A DNA stretch of 64,000 nucleotides, from IMG/VR virus record IMGVR_UViG_2061766007_000786; one strand, written 5' to 3'. The position numbers were made by a program, and so were the translations under genes. Below the pieces are notes generated by a model. That model was not told the origin of the DNA and ran no database searches. It worked only from the letters and a program-made list of their open reading frames with translations. Each line of letters starts with the position of its first letter. Position 1 is the stretch's first letter. Below are positions 35,549-46,255 of the stretch, piece after piece. The DNA is from an uncultured virus (IMG/VR IMGVR_UViG_2061766007_000786) (lineage: Duplodnaviria > Heunggongvirae > Uroviricota > Caudoviricetes).

Positions 35549-36635
35549 TTACTTAAATTCTGGGATGAAGACTTCATATATGACAATGAAGGCGAAGACC
35601 TGCATGAAAAATTCGACACCTTATATTCTTTTCTAAAGAAACATATGAAAGGAAGAACGAAAGTCTATAGAGGATTAAGGATTTCTAAATCTGAATTTTC
35701 TAAATTGACACAAGATCCTAAGAATATGCTGGGAAAGTATTTATTGAAATATTATTCCAATACGACAAAGCCGTTTAATTCGTTTACGACCGATATGAAG
35801 GTGGCATTAAGGTATTCTATGCAGCCTTTAATGACACTGGGCGATGATTTTGACAATCCGGATGATTATTATTCAATCGTAATTTCAGCGGAGGCAGAGC
35901 CGAACGATATTAACTTTGCGTTTACCGCTTATCTTTACGGTTATTTTGGTAATAAGGTCGAAGTCAATTCAGAACTCAATATCAGCAATATAAAAGAACT
36001 TTCTAACTTTAAGATAGAAAGGTATATAAAACCGGGAAATATCAATAACGCTGAATATGAAAAATCTTCGGTAATTAACCGTCAAAATATATCCGATTAT
36101 GAAATCGAAGACGAATTCAATAATGACATTATTACTTCTTTAGGAGAAAATCCGGAAAGATACAAGGTAGTAATAAAGAACAATTACTATAACATATTTG
36201 ATTTAAAAACAAATAAACTGATTTATAAAGAATGGTTCAAACGTTTACATTATGACTTAGGAAGTGAGCCATTTAGAGTCGTTTCCAAGAACAACAAGTA
36301 TAATTATATAACGAAGCATTTTAAGCTAATATTTGATACNNNNNNNNNNCTATTATAACATATTCGATTTAAAGACAAATAAATTGATTTATAGAGAATG
36401 GTTCAAACGTTTACATTATGATTTAGGAAGTGAGCCATTTAGAGTCGTTTCCAAAAACAACAAGTATAATTATATAACGAAGCATTTTAAGCTAATATTT
36501 GATACTTGGTTAGACGAACCGTTAAAATACAATCCAGAGATAGATTATAATTTAAATCCGGCCTATTATTATGAAGCGGTTATAGACGGCAAACATTATT
36601 TATTAGACAGAAATTATAAGGTTATCAATATATAA
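35549..36635 (+). CDS. Putative ADP-ribosyltransferase-fold protein with C-terminal repeats (5' end in gap; internal assembly duplication)
   Basis: KVYRGL...FNSFTT...NSELNI (R-S-E-like); frame open upstream of 35645; 36350-36500 repeats 36187-36339. Confidence 0.45.
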
Positions 36636-36670
36636 GCTGTAATATAAATGTGACTCATGCCGATAATTGT

Positions 36671-37045
36671 TTATTGATTATTCCATGTATAGTTCCATCC
36701 CATAAGGGCTTCGCCATAAAGCACGTCAGACCAAGCTCTTGCAAGATTGTCGTATGTCTTTTCGTCTAATTCAACATTTATAAATTGATCAAGACCATCT
36801 TCAAAGCCTTCGGCTATCATCCACTTAACGAACTGTTCATCGGTTATTTCTTCGATGGCGTCAGTATCACAATATGGTTCTTGTTCATATTCATCATACT
36901 GTGCACTTTCATGGCATGCAATAGCATTAGCAGAAAGGGATTTACGAAGTTCAGCAATAGAATAAAATCTACGCTTTACTGCCCATGTGGTTTCTACCAA
37001 GAAACCTGCTTCATTCAATGTTTTAATTGCTTCATTTAAATTCAT
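36671..37045 (-). CDS. 18-aa-leader protein
   Basis: MNLNEAIKTLNEAGFLVE. Confidence 0.75.
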   Translation of the reverse strand: MNLNEAIKTLNEAGFLVETTWAVKRRFYSIAELRKSLSANAIACHESAQYDEYEQEPYCDTDAIEEITDEQFVKWMIAEGFEDGLDQFINVELDEKTYDNLARAWSDVLYGEALMGWNYTWNNQ

Positions 37046-37046
37046 A

Positions 37047-37844
37047 TTAAATTTTCTCAATACCTTCAATTTTCAATTTACTGGAATTACGTATACGAAT
37101 TTCGTTTTCGTTCGTATAGTCAGCGAAAGGATTACATTTATACCACCATAGCATGGATGTAGTCATATCGATATTACTAAGACTGTCTAAATGCGCCGTT
37201 ATGATACAGCCGTATTCATCCGCGCCGACATTATCCGCAAACGCATAAGCCGATTCATAATCGATGGTCCATGATGTTCCCAGATGTTTATTCTTTTTTA
37301 TCCATTCTTCAGGGTCTGTGCCGTTTGGAAGATGTATTCCCCTATATATTGGACGGTTTTTAAAAAATACATCTTTAAATATTTTCTTCAAATAACCGAT
37401 ATAGACATCAAGACACATATCAAATGCATCATCGATGCTATCGTCGTCTTCAATCATCATTTTGAGAGTATCGGCGTCAACGCCGTATTTGACTAATACT
37501 CGATTAAACAAATGCGTATAGTCTTCAGGATGTTTAACAATTTCCATTAAATCATTTTTTACGGATTTATGCTTGAATACGCCTTTTCCATATACACCGC
37601 CGTTTAAAATTAATTTCTTGAATTCTTCAGCTGTTTTAATATCTGTATCTTTTAATCTTTTACTGCCGAACCCGCTATGGCCGTAATTATAGCCGTCATT
37701 GCCATAACGCAATTTGGAAATTTTCTTCAATTTATCGATTGGCGCGGTTTTTGGCGTATATTGATAACGGTCTTCGCTATATTCCAGTTTTTCTAAAATA
37801 TAGCTATTATCTTTTAAAATATCAAGCGCTTCATCTAGTTTCAT
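37047..37844 (-). CDS. 18-aa-leader protein with ADP-ribosyltransferase-like C-terminal domain
   Basis: MKLDEALDILKDNSYILE; IYRGI...GTSWT...ENEIRI; TATAAATA on - strand at 37882-37889. Confidence 0.6.
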   Translation of the reverse strand: MKLDEALDILKDNSYILEKLEYSEDRYQYTPKTAPIDKLKKISKLRYGNDGYNYGHSGFGSKRLKDTDIKTAEEFKKLILNGGVYGKGVFKHKSVKNDLMEIVKHPEDYTHLFNRVLVKYGVDADTLKMMIEDDDSIDDAFDMCLDVYIGYLKKIFKDVFFKNRPIYRGIHLPNGTDPEEWIKKNKHLGTSWTIDYESAYAFADNVGADEYGCIITAHLDSLSNIDMTTSMLWWYKCNPFADYTNENEIRIRNSSKLKIEGIEKI

Positions 37845-37892
37845 GAATAAAACCTGTTTACAGTTTCGTCGTTTTTTATTATATTTATAACT

Positions 37893-39257
37893 ATGATTCA
37901 AGAACAGGAAAAATTAGACAACGCCCTGACAGTTATCAAAGATATCAAAGAAAGGGCTAAAACTAGACGACATCTATGGCTTCATTATCTTGAAACGAGC
38001 GGTAAAAATCCCAATGATCTCTGGATTTTGAGAATGACCGACGGTAATTATGATGTCACAGATAATGGCGTATTCTATGTAATCTGGGATAACGGCGAAT
38101 ATTGCTATGCGTTTATCCCTATGGACTTTGTTTTCATGACCGACAAGGAAATTGGCGAGATGATTACAAGGGACAGAACAGTCAAGCGCGACTGGGAGAA
38201 ATAATGACCGAAAAACTTACTGCCGAAAAAAAGAAATATCTTGAAACTGATCCAACGCCGTGGCTGACTAAAACATATTCGAATAAAGAAAAACAAGAAT
38301 ATCAGCGTATTCGCAGCTTTATCTATGGCATGAATATAAATGAGATGTACAAGCATCTTTGTGAAAACAATATTTGGACACGAGCCATTCGTGAAGAAAT
38401 GAATCATCGTTCAAAGTTACCGAATAAGACGCCGAAAAATCCATGTCATGAATACTATGAACCTGAAGCATGTCCATGGTGTGGTCTGGATATTGAAAAA
38501 GACGACGACGGTAATTATCGTTGTCATAACTGTGGATATGACCACTTGAAAGAACGTGATAGCTATAACTGGGATGAATAATATGGAAGAACAGACAGAA
38601 AATGAACCGATTAAAAGGAAATTATATATTCCGTTAATCCTTATGCCTAATAAGGATATTTTTGATATAGGAATTGCATTCAGTCGTGAATATGCAGAAT
38701 GGGACTTAAACCAATCATGGGATAGGCTTAACGCAGAACGCAAGAACAAGTTTACAAAGCTAATTAAAGAAGTTGAAATTGAACTGTAGAGGGCAAAAAT
38801 GAAAAATTCAAAATACGAAAAATTCAAGATTGCATGCCGAGCATTCTTCCCAAACTGCAAGTTTTCAGATTTGGATGAACGCGACATCACTCTTTTTATG
38901 TCAGAAGTAGAATATGCCCCTAAAAAGCATGCGTGGGCGTGCATGTATGTTTGTAAACCTGGCGATAAACCTGGCAAGCCGATTAAGCTCGATAAGCCAT
39001 TTTATCAGTTTGAATATGAAATCGACGAACGAAGCTATGCTACCAGGCAAGCTCATTTCTATACGACTGATCTTGACGAATTTACACAGGGGATCAAGAA
39101 AGTAATCAAGGAATACGGCAATGGAATGGCTTATACAAAAGAAGATTTAGAATACGAAGACCTTAAATGGCAAGAACGACTAGAAGAACAAGAACGTGAA
39201 GAGTTTGAAAACTATTTACGTTTAAAAGCTAAATATGAAGGTAAAGGCGAGGATTAA
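37893..39257 (+). other. Four hypothetical ORFs; 38204-38581 ends in a CxxC...CxxC zinc ribbon
   Basis: CPWCG...CHNCG; promoter TTTACA-N17-TATATT at 37857-37885. Confidence 0.7.
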
Positions 39258-39499
39258 TCTAAATGGCAACTAGAAAAAATGAAGAAAAACAGCCTAAATT
39301 CAGTGAAGAGCTTAAAGAAATGGCAGACAGAAATCCAGAACTTGAAAATAATCCTGTATTTCTTTGCTTATTAAGAGACGCGGAATTTGACGAAGAAATT
39401 GACGACGGAGAAGAATGATGAATAAACAACCATGGATTAAACTTGGAGTCACAGAAGAGTAAGTAATGAAAAAGGACTGCTTTCATCAGCCCTTTAATT

Positions 39500-40823
39500 T
39501 TACATGTTAACTGGTTTGCCTAGAACGCGCGACCTGTATTCGTTATATCTTTCTCGACTGCGAATCGCGTTTTCTTCGGCGAACTGAACTTCTCTCTTGG
39601 CATTGTTTATCTGCTCTTCGTCACGGGTTTCCATCGCTTCGAGCTCGGCGACTTTTTTCTTGGCGTCGGCCAGCTGCGACCTGGACTGGTTATAGATAGA
39701 ATCCAGCGACTGCATTTTACGAATAGACGAAATGATTTCTTCATCCGGACACGGTTCCAAAACTTTCAAAGGTTCGGTCTGACCAGCCGGAAGATTCCTA
39801 AAGAGGTGCTTCGCATATTGATTCCTCTTGTCAATAAGCTCGTTCATCTCGGCATTGGCTTTCCTTATACGCTTGCATAGGTCAATCAGCTTGGCTTCAT
39901 CCTGCTGTCTTTCCGGTTTTTTCAATTCCTCATAGAATTCTCTCATCGCAGGGCTTACAGCTTCCTTGTTTATCTTGTTGACTCGGGTGGCCAGTTCGGT
40001 ATAGATATACTTGTCCCTTGACCTGGCGGCGTCGCGAGCCCTCTTCATGTCGGTCTTCCCGGAATCCGGAACAGACGAGCCGAGTGTCTTGCCGGCCTTA
40101 CGAGCAAGAGTCTTTAGCATAACTGCTGCTTCGTTCGGACTGGAAACAGCCATCATCGTCAAGATTTTTAGCTTAAACGGGGCTTCCGGCGGGAATTCAG
40201 TATTCGTAGATACAAATTTTACAATATCTTTCCAGTTCTGCGTGGCATATGCCGTATACCTGTATGAACCGTCTTCGAAAGTGAAATAGTAGCCAGCGGC
40301 AATAGGGATATCGGTATTTCCGGACTTGATGGCATCAAATACCTTCATCGCAGCTTCATGACTTTTCTGCATTGATATCATATCGCTGTGCCTGTCAGCA
40401 TAGTTCATCGCATGCTTGGTTACGGCGCCGCTGATAATGGCCTGACGGAAAGCGTCTTCGATTGTCTTCTGGTATTCCTTCGGTAAAGGCGAACCAGGTC
40501 CGGTAGCTTCGATAAGATACCCGGAATCGTTAAGTATTTGTAATGCNNNNNNNNNNGGCGGCAATAGGGATATCGGTATTTCCGGACTTGATGGCATCGA
40601 ATACCTTCAACGCAGCTTCATGACTTTTCTGCATTGATATCATATCGCTGTGCCTGTCAGCATAGTTCATCGCGTGCTTAGTTACGGCGCCACTGATAAT
40701 GGCCTGACGGAAAGCATCTTCGATTATCTTCTGGTATTCCTTCGGTAAAGGCGAACCGGGTCCGGTAGCTTCGATAAGATACCCGGAATCGTTAAGTATT
40801 TGTAATGCCTCGTTTATATTCAT
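39500..40823 (-). CDS. 18-aa-leader protein with coiled-coil C-terminus (5' part duplicated across gap)
   Basis: MNINEALQILNDSGYLIE at 40823; body continues 40546-39500; CTAAATATTAT directly before ATG. Confidence 0.7.
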
Positions 40824-40850
40824 ATAATATTTAGCCTTGTTATTCAGGTT

Positions 40851-41327
40851 CTATTCGACAATATAACTGTTGTCTTCAAGAATCTTCTTCGCTTCTTCAA
40901 GCGTCAACTTCTTGTGCTTATTTGACTTTGCACTCTCTGTGAGCTTGGTAACAAGGTTTTGGGAAATCCATGTTACGACCTCTTCCCAAGAAGTATCGAG
41001 ATCGAAAGTCTTGGAAGCAAAAGCGTTCTTAACCAGGTCATAGGTCGTTTTGGTCTTCGAGATTTCTGCATCGTCGTCGATTGTAACAGCCGTCATGATA
41101 TGGTCAGTCAAATCCGGAATAATAGCAGCCCGTGTCCAAACATATAAACGTCCGTCATCATCTTTTTGGTCGAGTTCGGTCGGAATTACAATATGAAAAT
41201 AGGATTCGCCATCTGGATTGTGCGCTTCGCCGATAGAAGTTGCACGACGTGTAACAGAATTGGCTTCAATAGCCCTACGCATTGCATGATAATTGTCATC
41301 TAACCATTGTAAACTGTAATGATTCAT
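40851..41327 (-). CDS. Late-promoter protein carrying the leader motif at its C-terminus
   Basis: Ends LTLEEAKKILEDNSYIVE-stop; TATAAATA on - strand at 41355-41362. Confidence 0.7.
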   Translation of the reverse strand: MNHYSLQWLDDNYHAMRRAIEANSVTRRATSIGEAHNPDGESYFHIVIPTELDQKDDDGRLYVWTRAAIIPDLTDHIMTAVTIDDDAEISKTKTTYDLVKNAFASKTFDLDTSWEEVVTWISQNLVTKLTESAKSNKHKKLTLEEAKKILEDNSYIVE

Positions 41328-41368
41328 ATTAAACTACTCCGTCATATTTTATATTATTTATAACCGGG

Positions 41369-41397
41369 TTGACATACCGACAATATTTTGTTATATT
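41369..41397 (+). promoter_or_regulatory. Sigma70-like promoter for the tRNA-like RNA
   Basis: TTGACA-N17-TATATT. Confidence 0.75.
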
Positions 41398-41416
41398 TAA
41401 AACTATAGAAATAGTC

Positions 41417-41512
41417 GAGCGTGTAGCACAAGTGTTAATGCAGTTAAATAACTGTAGGAGAGTGCGGAATGTCCTTTGGACTCAGATGTTGGTTAAAATC
41501 CAGCCACGCTCG
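41417..41512 (+). ncRNA. tRNA-like RNA with expanded, non-canonical anticodon region
   Basis: Acceptor GAGCGTG/CACGCTC, U8A9, D-arm GCA..TGC, T-arm GTTGG-TTAAAAT-CCAGC; 41 nt where the 17-nt anticodon arm should be. Confidence 0.6.
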
Positions 41513-41696
41513 ATTGTTTTATTATAGGAGCATATATGGCAGAAAAAGAATTTACGCCTGAAAAATTAAAACAGATGGAACAGTTCGTTCGTGAACATGA
41601 GCCCAATATGGATTACGCATTCATGAATAATTTACTCATGTTCTCGAAGCATCTACTCAAGAAGCTTGACGAGAACAACATCAAGCTTTGATGCAG

Positions 41697-41735
41697 AAAA
41701 TCCGGGTTGACGACCGACCTGGATTTTTCTATATT
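41697..41735 (+). promoter_or_regulatory. Hairpin overlapping promoter TTGACG-N17-TATATT
   Basis: AAAATCCGGGTT...GACCTGGATTTT; -35 at 41707. Confidence 0.7.
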
Positions 41736-41768
41736 GATATTTGAACCGGCAAACAAAGGAGTTTCAAT

Positions 41769-42197
41769 ATGGAAAAGTCATCGAAGACCATAATCGCGGA
41801 CAAGCACGGTACCTATAAGGGTTTCGATTATCTCGTGCTTAATGCACGCAATACGCATTATTGTGCATATGTCAGAATTCCGGAATCTCATCCATTCTAT
41901 AGGATGCCTTATATGTCAATCGAACTCAACTGCCATGGCGGGTTGACCTTCGGCGAAATGACATCGTTCGAAAATGTTCGTGTGATGGAATGGGATTCGC
42001 GTTTTTACGGCTTTTTCTGGCAGGGTAGGTGGAATGAAGAAAAAGTAAGAAAAGGCTATTGGCTCGGCTGGGATTACGGACATGACGGCGATTTCGATCC
42101 GAGCGAACCGGAAAAAGGCGGCGATCAGAAGACTGTCGACGAAATATCCCTCGAAGTAAAGCTCGTAATCGAAGAACTAATCAAAAAGGCAAACTAA
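41769..42197 (+). CDS. Conserved phage hypothetical protein
   Basis: CAYVRIP..HP, CHGGLTF, WLGWDYGH motifs. Confidence 0.75.
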   Translation: MEKSSKTIIADKHGTYKGFDYLVLNARNTHYCAYVRIPESHPFYRMPYMSIELNCHGGLTFGEMTSFENVRVMEWDSRFYGFFWQGRWNEEKVRKGYWLGWDYGHDGDFDPSEPEKGGDQKTVDEISLEVKLVIEELIKKAN

Positions 42198-45132
42198 TGG
42201 ATGGCGATTCTATAGGCGATTCCCTTATTTTTGTTATTGTCACGGCAATCGGCATCTGTCTTACTTTGGCAATATGTTCAAAGCTCATGTCCGATGATGT
42301 CGATATGAAATTTACAAATTCCGTAAGATACGTAGAAAACGACAATTATGGAAGGCCAAGATACTATACATACAAGAATATAAATCAGGAATGTGCCGAG
42401 GCATACGGTTATTCAAGGCCTGGTCGTACTATAAAACGGGTAAAGCATATCGTGCATATCACCTGGATAAAATACCTTACGCTTTTCTATGACGATGAGT
42501 CTGTCGTATGTTTTTATTACGATAGGCCTATTGCAAGCGAGACTGAGTTTATATTTGATAAATGGGATGAGCATGAGCCATTACATGATAATAATGTAAT
42601 CGGTGTCATGAAAAGGCCTTCGATCGAAAACAAGAACGCATTTATATCCTGCCTTGAACAAGATGAACCGGTATATGCTCGTGTCAAAGCGGTAGATGTC
42701 GTAAATGACGCTATTAAGGAAAATAACCAGAAAATAGACGAAGCCAAGCAATTATTGGAAAATAAGAAAACTAAGCTGACTGTAAAGGCGGAAATCGAAG
42801 ACGGTTTTATGGTTAAGGAAACAGAAATCGAACTTACGGTTGACAGCCTAGGCAACAGCGATATCGATTTGGCAAGTCGTGCTATAAGTAATATTTTAAT
42901 GAAAGAAGACTAAAAACTTGATGAAAAAATTATCGTCTATTAACTCTTTTTATGATGACTATGAAGCAGCCCAAGTAGTTTTAAAATATGAAAAAGAACT
43001 AAAGGCTGCGAAACAGGATTTATCTCCGCTTGGCAGACAAAGACTTTTTGATGAATTTAACCGGGAATTAAGGCGATTTACGAAGAAGCAGTATAAAGAC
43101 AACTTGACGTCGATACCGTTCGACTATATCACATTAGGAAATTAAATCATGTCTTATACGAAAGAAAATTTTGATAATTATAAAAAGCTTAATGATGAAC
43201 TTTCTCAAGCCCAAGATGCATTTACGAATCGTACATGTGAAGTATTTCATCGTATTTTTACTGAATATCTTGCTAAATATGAAATTGCATCCAGTGATGA
43301 CGAAACAATCGAAGCTGCTTGTTTAGACAGACTTGGAATAGCTAAACAACAGTATCATGATTATATTGATGCAGACCTTGATGGTGATGGTATTAGCATT
43401 AAAGTAACTGGCTGGTATGGCGATCATGATGAGACTTCATATTATTATATTGAAAATGCTGAATTCTTGTATGATGATGAAAAGTTAACGCATTGGATTG
43501 GCTATATGTCAAATCTAGCTGAAGCACAACTTAAAATTAAGAAAGATAGAGAAAAAGAAGAGCAAGAAGAAATTGAACGCAAAGAACGCGCAGAATATGA
43601 AAGATTAAAGGCTAAGTATGACCGATGAAAAAGGAAAAATATGATTAAAAATTTAGGCGAAATCTTATTTAACAAAGCAAAATCAGTTAATGATAAAATC
43701 GATAATGAAAAAATAGAAGAGCTTTACAGTATTGCAACTGATAGGGCTAAAACTGCAGCGTCTCATGGGAATTTCTCCGTTAATGTTACAGTCAATACTC
43801 GTGAATACGACGACCGTTGTCCGTTTTTTGACTTTACTTATGATTCGTCTTCTTTAATGGATAAAGTTGTCCCAGAAGTGATGAAACGATTAAATAACGA
43901 ACATATAAGGACGGTATTAAATCGAAGTCCTAAAGATCAGGTATCTCATTGGATTATGACATTGAATTTCGGCGCAAATGATATTGTTGATGACGATTAT
44001 GAAATTAAACTTCATCCAATCCCGCACGAGATTTAAGCTGACAATTATGGCTTATATAAAAGAAGATTTAGAAAACTTACAAAATTTTGAAAAATGAAGA
44101 AAACGAAGATGAAGACAAAGAATAAAATGACAAAGAAAGATCATTATTTAATTGATACGACAGTTAACTGGGCTGATGAAATGGACGTCTATGGTTTTAC
44201 AATCATGGATAAGGAACAATATAAGAATGTTCTCAAGTATGTTAAGGAACAGGATAAAGACTGGTGTTTAGGTATTTATCTTGGAACTAACGAAGATACG
44301 GAACTTACTAAGGATGAAGTTCTTGATATGCTTAAAGACGCAGAACATATTTCTGAGGAAGATGCGGAATTTCTCATGGATAAGGTTGGCCAGTGTGAAC
44401 ATAATATTTTCGAAAATATTATGGAACTAAATGAAGACGATGAAGCTAAGGAGAAGAATGATGAATAAACAACCATGGATTAAACTTGGGGTCACAGAAG
44501 AACTTTGGCAGAATTTAAAAACTGCGAATCCCAATGCGACCGACCAAGAAATTGAACAACTGGCAACAGATGTCAAAAATTGGTGGAGAACATTTAAAAA
44601 GCATTATTAAAAGCTATGTCCAACTAACGTGTTGCTAGTTCAAAAATAAGAAGAAGTAATAATGGAACTTAAACAATTATATCAGTATCTCGGTAGCTAC
44701 ATCAGTAATGGCTACGGTCACTTGAATGTAGCCGTCGAGAATGCATTTGGCGAAGGTGGGGATCTTAATTCCATCAGTATTTCAAATGACGGAAAGACAA
44801 TATATCTGAAAGAGTCTCATAGCCCCCAGTTTTTTGAGGGGGNNNNNNNNNNNNNNNNNNNNNNNNNNNNNNNNNNNNNNNNNNNNNNNNNNNNNNNNNN
44901 NNNNNNNNNNNNNNNNNNNNNNNNNNNNNNNNNNNNNNNNNNNNNNNNNNNNNNNNNNNNNNNNNNNNNNNNNNNTACAGGCAGAGAAGGTCCTGGCATT
45001 CATGTGGGTGATCATATTCTCGAACGTGATGAAGGAAACAATATGAAACATACGATTGCTGGGATTCCCGCGAATGCCAGGTTTAGCGGAATAGTTGCAC
45101 TTTTCAGTATTTTGGCAAAAGGAGAGAAATAG
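42197..45132 (+). other. Hypothetical ORFs (42197 membrane-anchored, 42918, 43149, 43641, 44094, 44662)
   Basis: ORF track, co-oriented. Confidence 0.7.
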
Positions 45133-45139
45133 ACATATT

Positions 45140-45168
45140 AAAAAGAGTAGCTTTCGCTACTCTTTTTT
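45140..45168. terminator. Bidirectional intrinsic terminator
   Basis: AAAAAGAGTAGC TTTC GCTACTCTTTTT between convergent genes. Confidence 0.85.
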
Positions 45169-46243
45169 ATTCTATCATATCCTTGATTATATTAGCTACT
45201 GTTTTCTTATAATTATACATTCCTGGAAGAGTAAATCGTGTAGCTATTCGTCTGACACCAGGATAATGAATGGCCACATTTTCTTTCCAGCCATTCAAAG
45301 TGCATGCGCCGACACCTTCAAATTCAATCTTTCTAGGATTCCCGTTTATATATTTGCCCGGTTCTCTTTTAACATCACGTGTAATATTAATTCCAGGAAT
45401 TTTCTTAGACAATCCATTTGCACAAGAACCAGTATAGGCAGTAGCATGATAACCAGCTGGCAATGTTTCCTGTAATTCTTTTAGCCAAAGGTCACGTGTC
45501 TCAGTAAGAGTTTTAAAGATAGGATCTAAAGAAGAATCAGAATCTGTTTCTTCATGCAGCATTTCTCTTTGTTTTATTATCTTACGGATTTCTTCAGTAC
45601 TATAGTGTTTATTAGAACCTAACGGTTTAAAATCTTCGTTCAAAAGATTTGCCGCGGCTTTCATTGACCAGCTTTCATTTACTGTATCGCCTTCGATTTC
45701 AATTTCAACGGTTTCCGGAATTCTTTCCTCTTTGTCCATCCAGAGACAATGGTCATATTGAGTTTTAAATATAACCTTATTTTCATTAAACTCTACAATA
45801 TTGCCAAAAACACATGGATGCTTAGCAGTTAAGCCTTTTATACTTTTAATCTTATAGACTTTTCCGCCACGGTCATAAAGTTCTTTCGTGTCCTGCATAA
45901 TCCAGCCATGTCCCTTCCAGTCAGGGTTCGGGTCATAGGAATATTCATAAATTTTATTGGCACGATGATTATTGAATTTTAACTTATGATTAACTTCATC
46001 GATTTCAGTAATTTCACCGAAATCGCCTGGGCCTTTAATTGCGCCGCCAGCACTTAGTAAAAAATATTTTTTTCCGTTATTACGAGCTTGGATGCAATCG
46101 CCCGTATAATAATCATAAGTTTCACATAATTCTTTCCATTTTTCGACAGGAATTCCAAAAACGCCGGTATTAACCGATTTATTCAATCCGGTATCTTCAT
46201 TAAGCAAATTTGCTGCTATATTCATCACTTGTTCATTTAACAT
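45167..46243 (-). CDS. AANLLNE-leader protein with a second internal leader copy
   Basis: MLNEQVMNIAANLLNED; internal VNESWSMKAAANLLNED. Confidence 0.7.
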   Translation of the reverse strand: MLNEQVMNIAANLLNEDTGLNKSVNTGVFGIPVEKWKELCETYDYYTGDCIQARNNGKKYFLLSAGGAIKGPGDFGEITEIDEVNHKLKFNNHRANKIYEYSYDPNPDWKGHGWIMQDTKELYDRGGKVYKIKSIKGLTAKHPCVFGNIVEFNENKVIFKTQYDHCLWMDKEERIPETVEIEIEGDTVNESWSMKAAANLLNEDFKPLGSNKHYSTEEIRKIIKQREMLHEETDSDSSLDPIFKTLTETRDLWLKELQETLPAGYHATAYTGSCANGLSKKIPGINITRDVKREPGKYINGNPRKIEFEGVGACTLNGWKENVAIHYPGVRRIATRFTLPGMYNYKKTVANIIKDMIE

Positions 46244-46255
46244 ATATTAATCCTT

